Of a stretch of DNA of 64,000 bases, positions 19,477 through 28,604 are shown piece after piece; positions within the stretch are counted from its first letter, which is position 1, and each line of letters starts with the position of its first letter. This stretch comes from an uncultured virus (IMG/VR IMGVR_UViG_3300025704_000016). Lineage: Duplodnaviria; Heunggongvirae; Uroviricota; Caudoviricetes. Where the stretch lies: the IMG/VR virus record IMGVR_UViG_3300025704_000016, positions 1 through 64,000 of that record; one strand, 5' to 3'. The notes beneath the pieces were generated by a model. The model ran no database searches, was not told the origin of the DNA, and was given only the letters and a program-made list of their open reading frames with translations. Made by a program: the position numbers and the translations under genes.

Positions 19477-20760
19477 ATGAGAAAATTACTTTCATATCAA
19501 GAATTTTTAGTTGAGAAAGCATCTGCTCCGGTAGATGCAAATCTCATTCTAGAGGGCGGTGCAGCTGGTCATATGTCGCATCCGTTCGACGAAAAAGAAT
19601 TGACATTTGGTGACTTTAAAAAGATCGTTGAGTTTGGCTTAAGAGGCGAACTTAACTTTGAAGAAGAAGTTACCGAAAAGACCGACGGACAAAACTTATT
19701 TGCAACTGTAATGGATGGTGAGGTTAAATTTGCCAGAGGTATTAATGATATGAGGAATCCAATGGATCTAAAAACTTTTAAACAAAAGTTTGAAGCACAT
19801 AAAAGTCCACTAGTAAGAGATACTTTTCAATTCGCAGCAGAAGATTTAGCAAATTCATTAAATAAGCTACCAGCAAAAGACTTAGAGGTTTTTAATAATG
19901 GTAAGAGTTTTATGAATATGGAGCTAATCTACTCGAAGAACCCAAATGTAATTTATTACGACAGGGATGTTATTCAATTCCATGGTATTAAACATACTGA
20001 TGGTGATGGTAATGAAATAGGAGATGAAACAAAATACGCAGCATCAATTGCAAAGGTTCTTAAAGACCTTAAACTTGATATGGGTAAAACATTTTCAATT
20101 ATCCCACCACAAATCATTAAAATGGGTAAGGATATTGACTTCGATGCAAACAAAGCTAAATTCCTTAAACAAATTGAAGATCTACGTAAACAGTACAACT
20201 TAACAGATGCTGATGAAGTTTCTATGTATCATGAAATGTGGTGGAGAGAAACTATCGATAAGAACTTTCCGGATCTAACACAAGATCACAAAGAAGGACT
20301 TTTATTAAGATGGGCGTATGATGATAAGAAGACTCTTAATATAAGAAGTCTTGATAAAGAGTTAGGTAAAGATAAAGCTGCTCTAATTAAAAAGTTTGAC
20401 AAAGAAGATGTAAAGAAAAAACAAAAAGAGAACATGAGACCTTTTGAAGATTTATTTCTTGAACTAGGTAGTGTTATCTTAAAGAACGCATCTAACTTTG
20501 TGGCTGCTAATCCAGCTGCAGAAATGCAGAGACTACAAAAGCAATTAAAAGATGAAGCGGAAGCAGTTAGAAAAAGCGGTGATGTTTCGGACATTGAAAA
20601 AGTTGCTAAAGAACTTGAAAGACTTGAAAGAATCGGAGGTATCGAATCAATTATACCAACAGAGGGTATTGTCTTTAGATACAAAGGCAAGACTATGAAG
20701 CTAACAGGAACATTCGCTGCAGTTAACCAGCTTATGGGTTTTATAAAATACGGTAGATAA
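19477..20760 (+). CDS. DUF6267-like protein with RNA-ligase/nucleotidyltransferase-type motifs
   Basis: LEGGAAGHMSHPFD, TEKTDGQN (KxDG motif I), EGIVF and MKLTG; CTS-like start MRKLLSYQEFLVE. Confidence 0.6.
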   Translation: MRKLLSYQEFLVEKASAPVDANLILEGGAAGHMSHPFDEKELTFGDFKKIVEFGLRGELNFEEEVTEKTDGQNLFATVMDGEVKFARGINDMRNPMDLKTFKQKFEAHKSPLVRDTFQFAAEDLANSLNKLPAKDLEVFNNGKSFMNMELIYSKNPNVIYYDRDVIQFHGIKHTDGDGNEIGDETKYAASIAKVLKDLKLDMGKTFSIIPPQIIKMGKDIDFDANKAKFLKQIEDLRKQYNLTDADEVSMYHEMWWRETIDKNFPDLTQDHKEGLLLRWAYDDKKTLNIRSLDKELGKDKAALIKKFDKEDVKKKQKENMRPFEDLFLELGSVILKNASNFVAANPAAEMQRLQKQLKDEAEAVRKSGDVSDIEKVAKELERLERIGGIESIIPTEGIVFRYKGKTMKLTGTFAAVNQLMGFIKYGR

Positions 20761-20770
20761 AACATAACAC

Positions 20771-22615
20771 ATGGCATTACAGAACCTTAAGACATATTTT
20801 GAGTCGACTAACAGAAACGACTTCATGCAACTTCTAGAAAACACATGCGTTGTTTCTGAGAAGATTCAAGCATCCTCATTCCACGTTAGAAAAACTAACA
20901 GCGGTTTTGAGTATTATAAGAGCGGTTCTAAGGACGCAATGAACAAAGTTGATAGAACTATTGTAAAGTACTATGAAAATGCCATCAAGTACTTTAAATC
21001 AATTTCTGGTGACATTGCTGAACAGATGCCAACTGACTGGAAGTTTGGCTTTGATTATATGGTTGATAAGAAGACTGTAGACATTGAATACGACAAGCTA
21101 CCAAAGAACCACCTGATCTTAACACATATTCAGGTGATGAGTCCTAGCAATCCTACTGAAATCAAGAAGGTGATTAGAGACCCAAACATTCTTTACAAGT
21201 GGGCAGACATTTTAAACGTACAGAGACCGCAGGTTATTTTCCAAGGTAAATTGTCAGACTACCAGAAAGAAGAGTTGGTTAAACTTTTAGAAATGAGCGA
21301 AACTCAATTCAAGAAAGAGTTTACAGACGCTTCTTTTACTAGAAAGATCTATAATATCTTTAATAAAGGCTTGAACTCAACAGGTCTTAATCTAGATTTA
21401 GAAAAAGACATTGACTCTTTAATCTTAAACTTCTTTGACGGTAAGTCAGTTAAGAACTTTAAGCTTGAGAGATTTGACAAGGCTGAAAGAGAAAGCCGCA
21501 ATCCATCTGACATGTATCAGATCTCAATCTTAGATCTAGTAGAATACATCTCACAATACGATATTCCTAGCATTGAACTTAAAGAAGATGATACCGACAT
21601 AAGGTACATCGAACTTATTTCAATCCTATTTAACTCATATGTAGAAAAGCACGCAACAAAATATATTGGTGCTAGCTTTGACTCAGCAGACTTTGCACAA
21701 GGCGAAGAGTTTGCACTCAATACTACATTTATTAAAAACGAAAAGACACTATCACTGGTTCAGAAAGATGTTCTAGCAGAGCTTTACAAGATTGCGCTGG
21801 GTTCATTTAGAAAGAAGAGAACTAAAGAGACTGATATTATCAACGCTGCTTTAATGGAGCAGATCAACGAGATCGTTGCTAAGATTGAAGCTCTAGTGAT
21901 GGGCGAAACAAACGAAGGCGACGTTATGAACTTCAACACCTATCTAAAGACACAGAATTTACAAACACAAGTAAGCCCAATTACTGAAGCATTAACTGTT
22001 AAATATGCTGAACAAGGCAAGAAGCCTGTTAACATGTTCGTGGGTAGATTTCAACCATTTACGCTTGGACATGCTAAAGTGATTGAGACGATTAGTAAGC
22101 AGAATGGATTCCCAGTAGTTATTTTTCTAGTAAAGGCAAAAGCTAAAAAGAAAGAAGATGCTTTTAAGAGACCTTATGATGAAGATCTACAGATTGAGAT
22201 GCTAAACAAATTAAAGTCAAAGTACCCAATTAAGGATGTATATGTAATTGAAGGTTCTGCTGGAATTGATAAAATGTTTAACGCAATGAGAGGAGATGGA
22301 TATGAACCAGTCCTTTGGGGAACAGGAACCGACAGGATGAAAAACTATGGATTTCAAGTAAACAATCAACAATACAGAGAGGATCTAGGAGTTAGAGCAG
22401 ACTTTGGCCTGTTTGAGATTCCAAGAACCGGCAAGAATATTTCAGCAACACAAGTTAGAGAAGCAATGCTAGCAGACGATGAGACGCTTTTTAAGAAGCT
22501 TACACCAAAAGAGATACATTCTATGTATGGTGATTTAAAAGACAAACTAGAGGCCTCAATGGCAACTAACGAGTCAACCATTATGACCTTCGATCAATTT
22601 ACAAAGAATATATAA
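20771..22615 (+). CDS. Fusion of a degenerate ligase-like N-domain and a C-terminal HIGH-family cytidylyl/nucleotidyltransferase
   Basis: VSEKIQAS in the N-part; FVGRFQPFTLGH, GTDR and ISATQVRE in the C-part. Confidence 0.7.
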   Translation: MALQNLKTYFESTNRNDFMQLLENTCVVSEKIQASSFHVRKTNSGFEYYKSGSKDAMNKVDRTIVKYYENAIKYFKSISGDIAEQMPTDWKFGFDYMVDKKTVDIEYDKLPKNHLILTHIQVMSPSNPTEIKKVIRDPNILYKWADILNVQRPQVIFQGKLSDYQKEELVKLLEMSETQFKKEFTDASFTRKIYNIFNKGLNSTGLNLDLEKDIDSLILNFFDGKSVKNFKLERFDKAERESRNPSDMYQISILDLVEYISQYDIPSIELKEDDTDIRYIELISILFNSYVEKHATKYIGASFDSADFAQGEEFALNTTFIKNEKTLSLVQKDVLAELYKIALGSFRKKRTKETDIINAALMEQINEIVAKIEALVMGETNEGDVMNFNTYLKTQNLQTQVSPITEALTVKYAEQGKKPVNMFVGRFQPFTLGHAKVIETISKQNGFPVVIFLVKAKAKKKEDAFKRPYDEDLQIEMLNKLKSKYPIKDVYVIEGSAGIDKMFNAMRGDGYEPVLWGTGTDRMKNYGFQVNNQQYREDLGVRADFGLFEIPRTGKNISATQVREAMLADDETLFKKLTPKEIHSMYGDLKDKLEASMATNESTIMTFDQFTKNI

Positions 22616-22634
22616 AAAAACAAAAGATAAAGAA

Positions 22635-24992
22635 ATGGCAACAGTAACAATGGACGCAATGGACCCTAAATCAAAAGGTCTAGCCAAACTACTTAAGAAG
22701 AATAAAGTAAAGATGGAGATCTTAACGATGAGAGGCCCTTCAGGCTGGCCTGAAGTTGAACTAACTGGTAAGAGAGAAGATCTTGAAACAGTTTTAGCCG
22801 ACGGTGAATATGGTTGGGATGACCCAGAATTAGCTGAGTATATTGAAGAAAGTGCTGATGTTAATGAGGCCAAGATCACTCTAAAGAGACGTTACACTGA
22901 GAATCACCCAGCGATTACAGTTGGTAAAGCAGCTCGTATCAGAAATAAAATGCTCGAAGCAATTGCTGACGGAGCCCTTACTGAAGAAGAGTTTAACAAT
23001 ATCTTAAGCGAATACTCTGCAAACGCAAAACAGTGGATGAAGAGAAACGCTAGATTCTTTAACGTATCTGAAGAAGGTATTGCACTTTCTAAGTTTGGTA
23101 AGAAAGCGCTTTCTGCAGTTGTAGTTAACGAAGAAGAATCAGTTACGGAATCAGAAGCTGTAAACATTTTAAACGATCTTTTAGATGAGAGAGGCGGAGA
23201 CATGGGAGAATTACATGGAATGGAAATGGAAGATGCATTAGATACAGTCGAAGCATACGGACATAAAGGTTCTAAAGCAAAAAAGATTGCACAGGAATTA
23301 CATTCTTTATGTAACGAATCAGTAGTTACTGAAGCTAAATTCGTAAAAGATTTTAATAGAGATGTTTTAAACGCGAAAACAAAAGAAGAAGTTTTGGAGC
23401 TTTATCCAAACGCTGAATTCTTTATCGGTAAATCAGATCATTTCTTTGGAGAGTTTGATGAAAATTTATTCTTTAAAGCATACTATACAAAAGGACAAAA
23501 AGAATTTGAAATCAAATCAGTTTATTCTGAAAAAGGAAGCAACTATGTTCATTTATACAATGAATCGTTAGTTTCTGAAAACTACGAGGTTATCTTTAGT
23601 GATGGTATGTCACAAATGAAAAAGTTTAGAAGCGAAGCGCAAGCTCTTGACTTCATGAAGAAAACTATTGCTTCTAACAAGAAATTAAGAGACATTGCGG
23701 TTTACAAACCAGGTATGTATTCAACTACTCAAACTGAATTAGTTGTTAAATTCTGGGGAGATGGTTCTTATTTAGATAATGTTTCTAAGAAGGATCCAGA
23801 ATTAGCTGCTAAGAAATTAGAGGAATCGGTAATAAATGATTTTATCGAGGAAGGTAATGCTTTCGGTGCAGCAAGAGCTAAAGCAATCGCTGATGGCAAG
23901 AAAGAGTTTACAGTGGGTGGTGAAACTTACCCAGTTGAAGATGTTGACAAAGAGGACAAAGAGAATGCTGAAGAATTTAAAGGTGAATCTTTTATCATCG
24001 AGTCTTTCTCTAAGTTTGTAGAAAGCCTTAACGAGTCTAAAATGCTTACAGAAGCATTCAAGTCAATGAAGCTTGCACAACTGCTAACACCTAAGAAGAA
24101 AACAAACTGGGATAAAGGTCTTGCTCAAGAGTTCTATAACTACACTCAAGTTAAACTAGATAAGGTTGAAGACCACGACCTGTTAGAAATAGATCCACAG
24201 ACTGCTTACAAGCAAAAAGGTGGTACTAAAGTAAAGTTCTTCTTAATCGACAACGAAAAGCAGAGTCCTTACACTGACGATAACTCTGACGGTAGAATCC
24301 AACCAGGACTAATTGCAGTCTTAAACGGTAACAATGATTTTATGGGAGCTGTTTATAAAAGATTTAGCAATGAAAAAGGTAGAACCTTAACTAAAACTGA
24401 TAAAGCGGATTCACTTGGTGTTGACAAGAGAAGAAAGGGCTACGGCGCTACTGGACTTTCAAGTGCTAAGAGAATTGCTGACTTTGCAGATAGAGCAATC
24501 GTAATTGACGTTGACATCTTAAGACAGAGATATTCAGCTCAACAACAAAAAGATTCAAGAACTGCTGCTAAGAAAGGAGCTATTGCATTTAAGACTGACA
24601 AAGAGTTTAAAGCTGAGAATATCGCAAGATATAACGAGATCTTAGCTAATAAGGCTGCAGCACTGCCACTTGATAAAATGGTTAAAGGTGCAATCGACAA
24701 ACTCGCTGATCAGATTAAAGAAGGTGTAGCTAAAGGCGAAAAAGGACGTTACGGCGACATTATCATTGGTAAAAACTCAAAAGGCAATGAAGCTAAAATG
24801 AGAGATGCTTCTAACCACATGAGCAATATCCTAGATGACTATGGCAGATATGTACAATATATTGCTGATGGTGAAAAGGAGAAAGAAGACTGGGGTAAAG
24901 AAAACTCATACTACGCTAGAGAGGCAAAAACATATGCTAAGAACATTAAAGACAAGATCAACCAGATTGATACCTTTGATTATGCTTGGTAA
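22635..24992 (+). CDS. Large modular putative internal head (poly)protein
   Basis: Short domains separated by ES(V/L)xE-like linkers; GNAFGAARAKAIADGKKEFTVGG motif; AATATATA variant upstream at 22607. Confidence 0.55.
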   Translation: MATVTMDAMDPKSKGLAKLLKKNKVKMEILTMRGPSGWPEVELTGKREDLETVLADGEYGWDDPELAEYIEESADVNEAKITLKRRYTENHPAITVGKAARIRNKMLEAIADGALTEEEFNNILSEYSANAKQWMKRNARFFNVSEEGIALSKFGKKALSAVVVNEEESVTESEAVNILNDLLDERGGDMGELHGMEMEDALDTVEAYGHKGSKAKKIAQELHSLCNESVVTEAKFVKDFNRDVLNAKTKEEVLELYPNAEFFIGKSDHFFGEFDENLFFKAYYTKGQKEFEIKSVYSEKGSNYVHLYNESLVSENYEVIFSDGMSQMKKFRSEAQALDFMKKTIASNKKLRDIAVYKPGMYSTTQTELVVKFWGDGSYLDNVSKKDPELAAKKLEESVINDFIEEGNAFGAARAKAIADGKKEFTVGGETYPVEDVDKEDKENAEEFKGESFIIESFSKFVESLNESKMLTEAFKSMKLAQLLTPKKKTNWDKGLAQEFYNYTQVKLDKVEDHDLLEIDPQTAYKQKGGTKVKFFLIDNEKQSPYTDDNSDGRIQPGLIAVLNGNNDFMGAVYKRFSNEKGRTLTKTDKADSLGVDKRRKGYGATGLSSAKRIADFADRAIVIDVDILRQRYSAQQQKDSRTAAKKGAIAFKTDKEFKAENIARYNEILANKAAALPLDKMVKGAIDKLADQIKEGVAKGEKGRYGDIIIGKNSKGNEAKMRDASNHMSNILDDYGRYVQYIADGEKEKEDWGKENSYYAREAKTYAKNIKDKINQIDTFDYAW

Positions 24993-25105
24993 ATTTAAAA
25001 AAGTATTCTTTGAGTATTGGATTAAACCGTGGTACTCATTGTGATTATACTATAATAATGTGCATATAATGCGCATATAAAATTATTAAATAAATCTAAC
25101 AAAAA

Positions 25106-25585
25106 ATGAAACATGTAAAATTATTCGAACAATTTCTAAATGAGGATGTTAAAGTTAAAGGTAATATCTCAGAAGAAACAGCTAATGAATTGCTTGATTT
25201 TCTAAAACGGGCTATCGGTAAAAAATTAAACTGGAAAGAATTTTCAAAATGGCATGGTGGAGCTGCTCAATTAGGTAAAAAATCACCAGCACAAAAAAAG
25301 TTCTTAGAAGCCAATTATGAATGCGAGATTACAGATGTTACAATGCGCTACTTACCTAAGTATAAAAATGCTGTGTATTCAGTGTCATATCTACAAAATG
25401 CAAAATGGCATGGCTCCCAGTGGGACGAAGAGCCACTTAAATTATATAAAGATGATCCTAATTGGACACCAGAGGAAGGCGATACTAAAGATAGGTCTTT
25501 AGAAAAAGGTCTTGAAAGGTACCATGACGAAAGGCAATGGGACAGATTTTCAGATATAACTAGAATAGGTCGATTCGGTGTTTAA
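25106..25585 (+). CDS. Hypothetical protein with CTS-like N-terminus
   Basis: Starts MKHVKLFEQFLNE. Confidence 0.6.
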   Translation: MKHVKLFEQFLNEDVKVKGNISEETANELLDFLKRAIGKKLNWKEFSKWHGGAAQLGKKSPAQKKFLEANYECEITDVTMRYLPKYKNAVYSVSYLQNAKWHGSQWDEEPLKLYKDDPNWTPEEGDTKDRSLEKGLERYHDERQWDRFSDITRIGRFGV

Positions 25586-25616
25586 ATAAAATTAAATAAA
25601 CATATAGGACTTTAAT

Positions 25617-26342
25617 ATGCCAAGTACTTCAAAAGCACAACAGAGATTAATGGGAATGGCTTACGCTTATAAAAAAGGTGAGCTTGATGCCAAAGAGGCT
25701 AGCCAGGAGGTAAAAGACCTAGCAGACTCAATGACTCTTAAGCAGCTTAAAAAGTATGCAAGCACAAAACATGAAGGCTTACCAGACAAAGTGGACGACA
25801 ATCTTCAACCAGGAGATGTTGGTGGAATGGGACCAGTCAAATTCCCAACTGCAACTGAATATGGCTCTGGTGATGTACCAGCAGGCCAAGGCGATGCAGA
25901 AGATGAATATAAAAAGAAACGTAGAAAAATGAAACACTTAAAGAACTTTGAATCCTTTCTTAATTCAGGATCTGAAAACGCAGTTTATGAAAAAATAAAA
26001 TTCGGATCTTACTACTTTAATAAAGGACAATTTAGTGAATTCGATCTACCTGCTAAAGGAGAAACTGCATATGCTTTGATTGCACATAATACCGTTGAGG
26101 TTAACAAACAATCCATGTATTTAAGATCTGAAGGAGATATGAACATTGGTGCTGGATTTAGACCTACGGTACTTGCCGTTGCTGAAGATGAAGCATCGAT
26201 TAAAGCAGCATATGATACACAACTAAAAGTTGGAGGAACTGGTGCAAATCTTTCTTTCTCATATGGGACTATTACAGTTAAGGGTAATAATGTACCATTT
26301 ACAGAGATTGGCGGCCATTTGGCAAAAGGAAATATAAAATAA
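25617..26342 (+). CDS. DUF3008-like N-terminal domain plus a second module beginning at an internal MKHLKNFESFL
   Basis: MPSTSKAQQRLMGMA...SMT.KQLK.YASTKHEGLP matches the DUF3008 pattern. Confidence 0.55.
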   Translation: MPSTSKAQQRLMGMAYAYKKGELDAKEASQEVKDLADSMTLKQLKKYASTKHEGLPDKVDDNLQPGDVGGMGPVKFPTATEYGSGDVPAGQGDAEDEYKKKRRKMKHLKNFESFLNSGSENAVYEKIKFGSYYFNKGQFSEFDLPAKGETAYALIAHNTVEVNKQSMYLRSEGDMNIGAGFRPTVLAVAEDEASIKAAYDTQLKVGGTGANLSFSYGTITVKGNNVPFTEIGGHLAKGNIK

Positions 26343-26345
26343 AAA

Positions 26346-26393
26346 ATGAAACATCTAAAGAACTTTGAATCATTTTTAGCAGACTTCAAGTAA
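26346..26393 (+). CDS. 15-aa micro-ORF MKHLKNFESFLADFK
   Basis: ATG 3 nt after the upstream stop; near-copy of 25929-25961; followed by a terminator. Confidence 0.4.
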   Translation: MKHLKNFESFLADFK

Positions 26394-26421
26394 GATTGTT
26401 AACAACTTTTACAAAATAATT

Positions 26422-26452
26422 AGCCTGAGATTTTTTAGTCTCAGGCTTTTTT
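26422..26452 (+). terminator. Intrinsic terminator
   Basis: AGCCTGAGA/TCTCAGGCT stem followed by a T run. Confidence 0.8.
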
Positions 26453-26469
26453 ATTATATTTACACTGTA
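26448..26469 (+). promoter_or_regulatory. Putative host-RNAP (early) promoter, Bacteroidota -7-like
   Basis: TTTTTATTATATTTACACTGTA, 20/22 identical to 58532-58553. Confidence 0.55.
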
Positions 26470-26487
26470 ATTAAAACAAAGAACAAC

Positions 26488-26760
26488 ATGAACTACAAGA
26501 ATTTTAACCGCCACGAAGTTTTTAACTGCGAAGATTTAGACAATGTTCGAGAAGCTATTAAAAATCTGGGCGAAAAAGAGAAGCCATTTACTTCTATCGA
26601 AAACAGTCTTTGGGGACTCTATGACGGTTACCTTTACGAAGGTCTCGATGAAAAACTTTACCAAATCTTAGACTTTAAGGTTTTTTGTAACCTTACTAAG
26701 ACTCTTAAGAAGATTGAAGATCATATTAAAGCTAACGAAGAATCAGTTACATTAGTCTAA
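26488..26760 (+). CDS. Hypothetical protein (putative early gene)
   Basis: 90-aa ORF with A-rich leader downstream of the early-type promoter. Confidence 0.65.
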   Translation: MNYKNFNRHEVFNCEDLDNVREAIKNLGEKEKPFTSIENSLWGLYDGYLYEGLDEKLYQILDFKVFCNLTKTLKKIEDHIKANEESVTLV

Positions 26761-26778
26761 CCTTTAAATTATAAAATC

Positions 26779-27096
26779 ATGCAAGTAGCAGATCAAATGC
26801 AAGCAGTACGCAAATTAGTAGAGGGCTATTATAAAGACTCATTAGTATGGGACTACACAATGCCACCAATGACATCTGACCAAGGTCAACATATAATCCA
26901 GATTGGTACATCCATACTCTGTACAAAATGGGGCATTGGTTATTCAGGAGGTAGCTTTGTACAAGCTGTGGTTGACAATGACCTAATGGCAGCTGTGGGC
27001 AGAGCAGATGGCACAAACATTAAGATGCTGCCTTTCTACTGCAAGTTAATCTATAACGTCGGTATGCCAATGGAGCTTGCTGAGCTTCAAAAGTAA
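26779..27096 (+). CDS. Conserved phage hypothetical (GGSFVQAVVDNDL..A..RAD..N motif)
   Basis: The motif is familiar from small phage proteins; function unknown. Confidence 0.6.
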   Translation: MQVADQMQAVRKLVEGYYKDSLVWDYTMPPMTSDQGQHIIQIGTSILCTKWGIGYSGGSFVQAVVDNDLMAAVGRADGTNIKMLPFYCKLIYNVGMPMELAELQK

Positions 27097-27113
27097 ACAA
27101 ACCACGTAGAACC

Positions 27114-27150
27114 AAGCGGGGCAACGTCAGAGCGCGTTGCCCCGCTTTTT
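27114..27150 (+). terminator. Strong intrinsic terminator
   Basis: 13-bp stem AAGCGGGGCAACG/CGTTGCCCCGCTT plus T tract. Confidence 0.9.
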
Positions 27151-27162
27151 AGTATACATATC

Positions 27163-27189
27163 TAAACAAAGTATAGTCTCACCATATAA
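27163..27189 (+). promoter_or_regulatory. TAAAC-N17-TATAA promoter of the modification/polymerase operon
   Basis: Same bipartite motif as upstream of ssb, clamp, gp55 and clamp loader. Confidence 0.6.
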
Positions 27190-27204
27190 CATCTAAACAA
27201 GAAT

Positions 27205-27537
27205 ATGAGCGATTTAATAGACAACATCTTAGAACAAGCAGACCAAATCATTAACCACAGATCAGAAGAAAAGAACCGCCAATACGGTCCTTTCGAAGAA
27301 GGCATGCGCAGAGCTGCGATGATCTGTTCTGGTATGACTGGTAAGCAATTCACAGGAGCTGACATGTATGCCGCACTTGTTGCTCTTAAACTGAGCAGAC
27401 ATTCATATAATTACAAGCAAGATAACCTACTTGATGCTGCAGCTTATATCGGTGGCCTGGATAACTACATCCAAAAGTACGGCTACAAAGAGACAGAAAA
27501 ACCACTAGAAACAGGCGACGCAGATGCAGGAATTTAA
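27205..27537 (+). CDS. DUF6378-like small all-alpha protein (nucleotide-modification associated)
   Basis: ILEQADQII..R...QYG.F...ALKLSR...DNLLDAAAY pattern. Confidence 0.7.
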   Translation: MSDLIDNILEQADQIINHRSEEKNRQYGPFEEGMRRAAMICSGMTGKQFTGADMYAALVALKLSRHSYNYKQDNLLDAAAYIGGLDNYIQKYGYKETEKPLETGDADAGI

Positions 27538-28603
27538 GTACTTTACAGATTATGAGCAAGACCACTCAATTAAGATTGGTATTGCAGCACTAGTTGGCAA
27601 ATTAAGCCCAAAGGATAGTTCACATAAGTCCGGCTGGGCTTTCATGCTTTGTAATCAACTCTGGCATGCTGGTTTTAAGAATGCTGAAGTTATTACAGAG
27701 GTCAACGTGGATTGGTCAGACTATGACGTAATCCTGATTGAACATGGTATGGAGTTTAAAGGTGCTTTCAATATCTTTGGCGGAGCCAACGATGATCTTT
27801 ATCATCAGCTTAATCGCCTCTTTGTAGAAGGTGTAAGATTCTACAGTCTACACCATGATATGCCAGCTGTTAATGAACTAATTGAGAAACGATTAAAGAC
27901 TGGCTCAGATCTATTTAAGACTCTGGAAACCAGAATTGACGAGGCTAGAGAGATCTGTAGTCAGATCCCAAGAGTAGATCACATCGAGAAGACTGATAAA
28001 CTCTGCTTTGGTGACAGCCACTCTTTCAGTCAGTATTCACCAGGCTTCATGTGCGATCGCAACGACGGTCTAACACTCTTCGGCACTCTAAAGCGTGGCA
28101 TGGAAGAATACGTTTATCCTTGGACTAAAGAACTTAGAGTCTATCTAGGCAACATCGATATTCGCCATCATCTAATGCGCCAAAAAGATCCAGAAAGTGC
28201 ACTCGAAGGCCTAATGCAGAACTACGAAGCTGAACTTCTAAGAATGCAAGAACGTGGCGTTGAGAAGATTGAGATTGTACAAGCACTTCCAATTGAGAAT
28301 GAGAGCAGACCTTTACCGAAGACCGGTTATTATAAAGGCACTCCTTTCGCTGGCTCTTGGCAAGAACGTACCGGTCTAGTTAAGACCTTTAACTGGTATG
28401 TTAATGAGATGGGAGAACGCAATGGCTGGCAAGTGTGGAAACACCCAGAAGTTTATCTAAACAGTTTAGATGAGTTAGACTTCGAAGTTATGGAGAAGCC
28501 TAAATCAGTGCATATTGCCAGAAAATACTATCGCTGGGATCTTGTAGCAGACAAGGCTAATAAAAACCTAGAGAGTAGAGTACAATCAACAGCATTATTT
28601 TAA
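27524..28603 (+). CDS. Protein with C-terminal SGNH/GDSL-like domain (possible acyl-transfer or esterase enzyme)
   Basis: FGDSHS (block I), YLGNIDIR (block III) and KSVHI (block V-like). Confidence 0.45.
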   Translation: MQEFKYFTDYEQDHSIKIGIAALVGKLSPKDSSHKSGWAFMLCNQLWHAGFKNAEVITEVNVDWSDYDVILIEHGMEFKGAFNIFGGANDDLYHQLNRLFVEGVRFYSLHHDMPAVNELIEKRLKTGSDLFKTLETRIDEAREICSQIPRVDHIEKTDKLCFGDSHSFSQYSPGFMCDRNDGLTLFGTLKRGMEEYVYPWTKELRVYLGNIDIRHHLMRQKDPESALEGLMQNYEAELLRMQERGVEKIEIVQALPIENESRPLPKTGYYKGTPFAGSWQERTGLVKTFNWYVNEMGERNGWQVWKHPEVYLNSLDELDFEVMEKPKSVHIARKYYRWDLVADKANKNLESRVQSTALF

Positions 28604-28604
28604 G

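Noticed and set aside
25059..25080. TGTGCATATAA/TGCGCATATAA tandem as a regulatory site
   Set aside because: It is a single short instance that matches none of the recurrent promoter classes; insufficient support.
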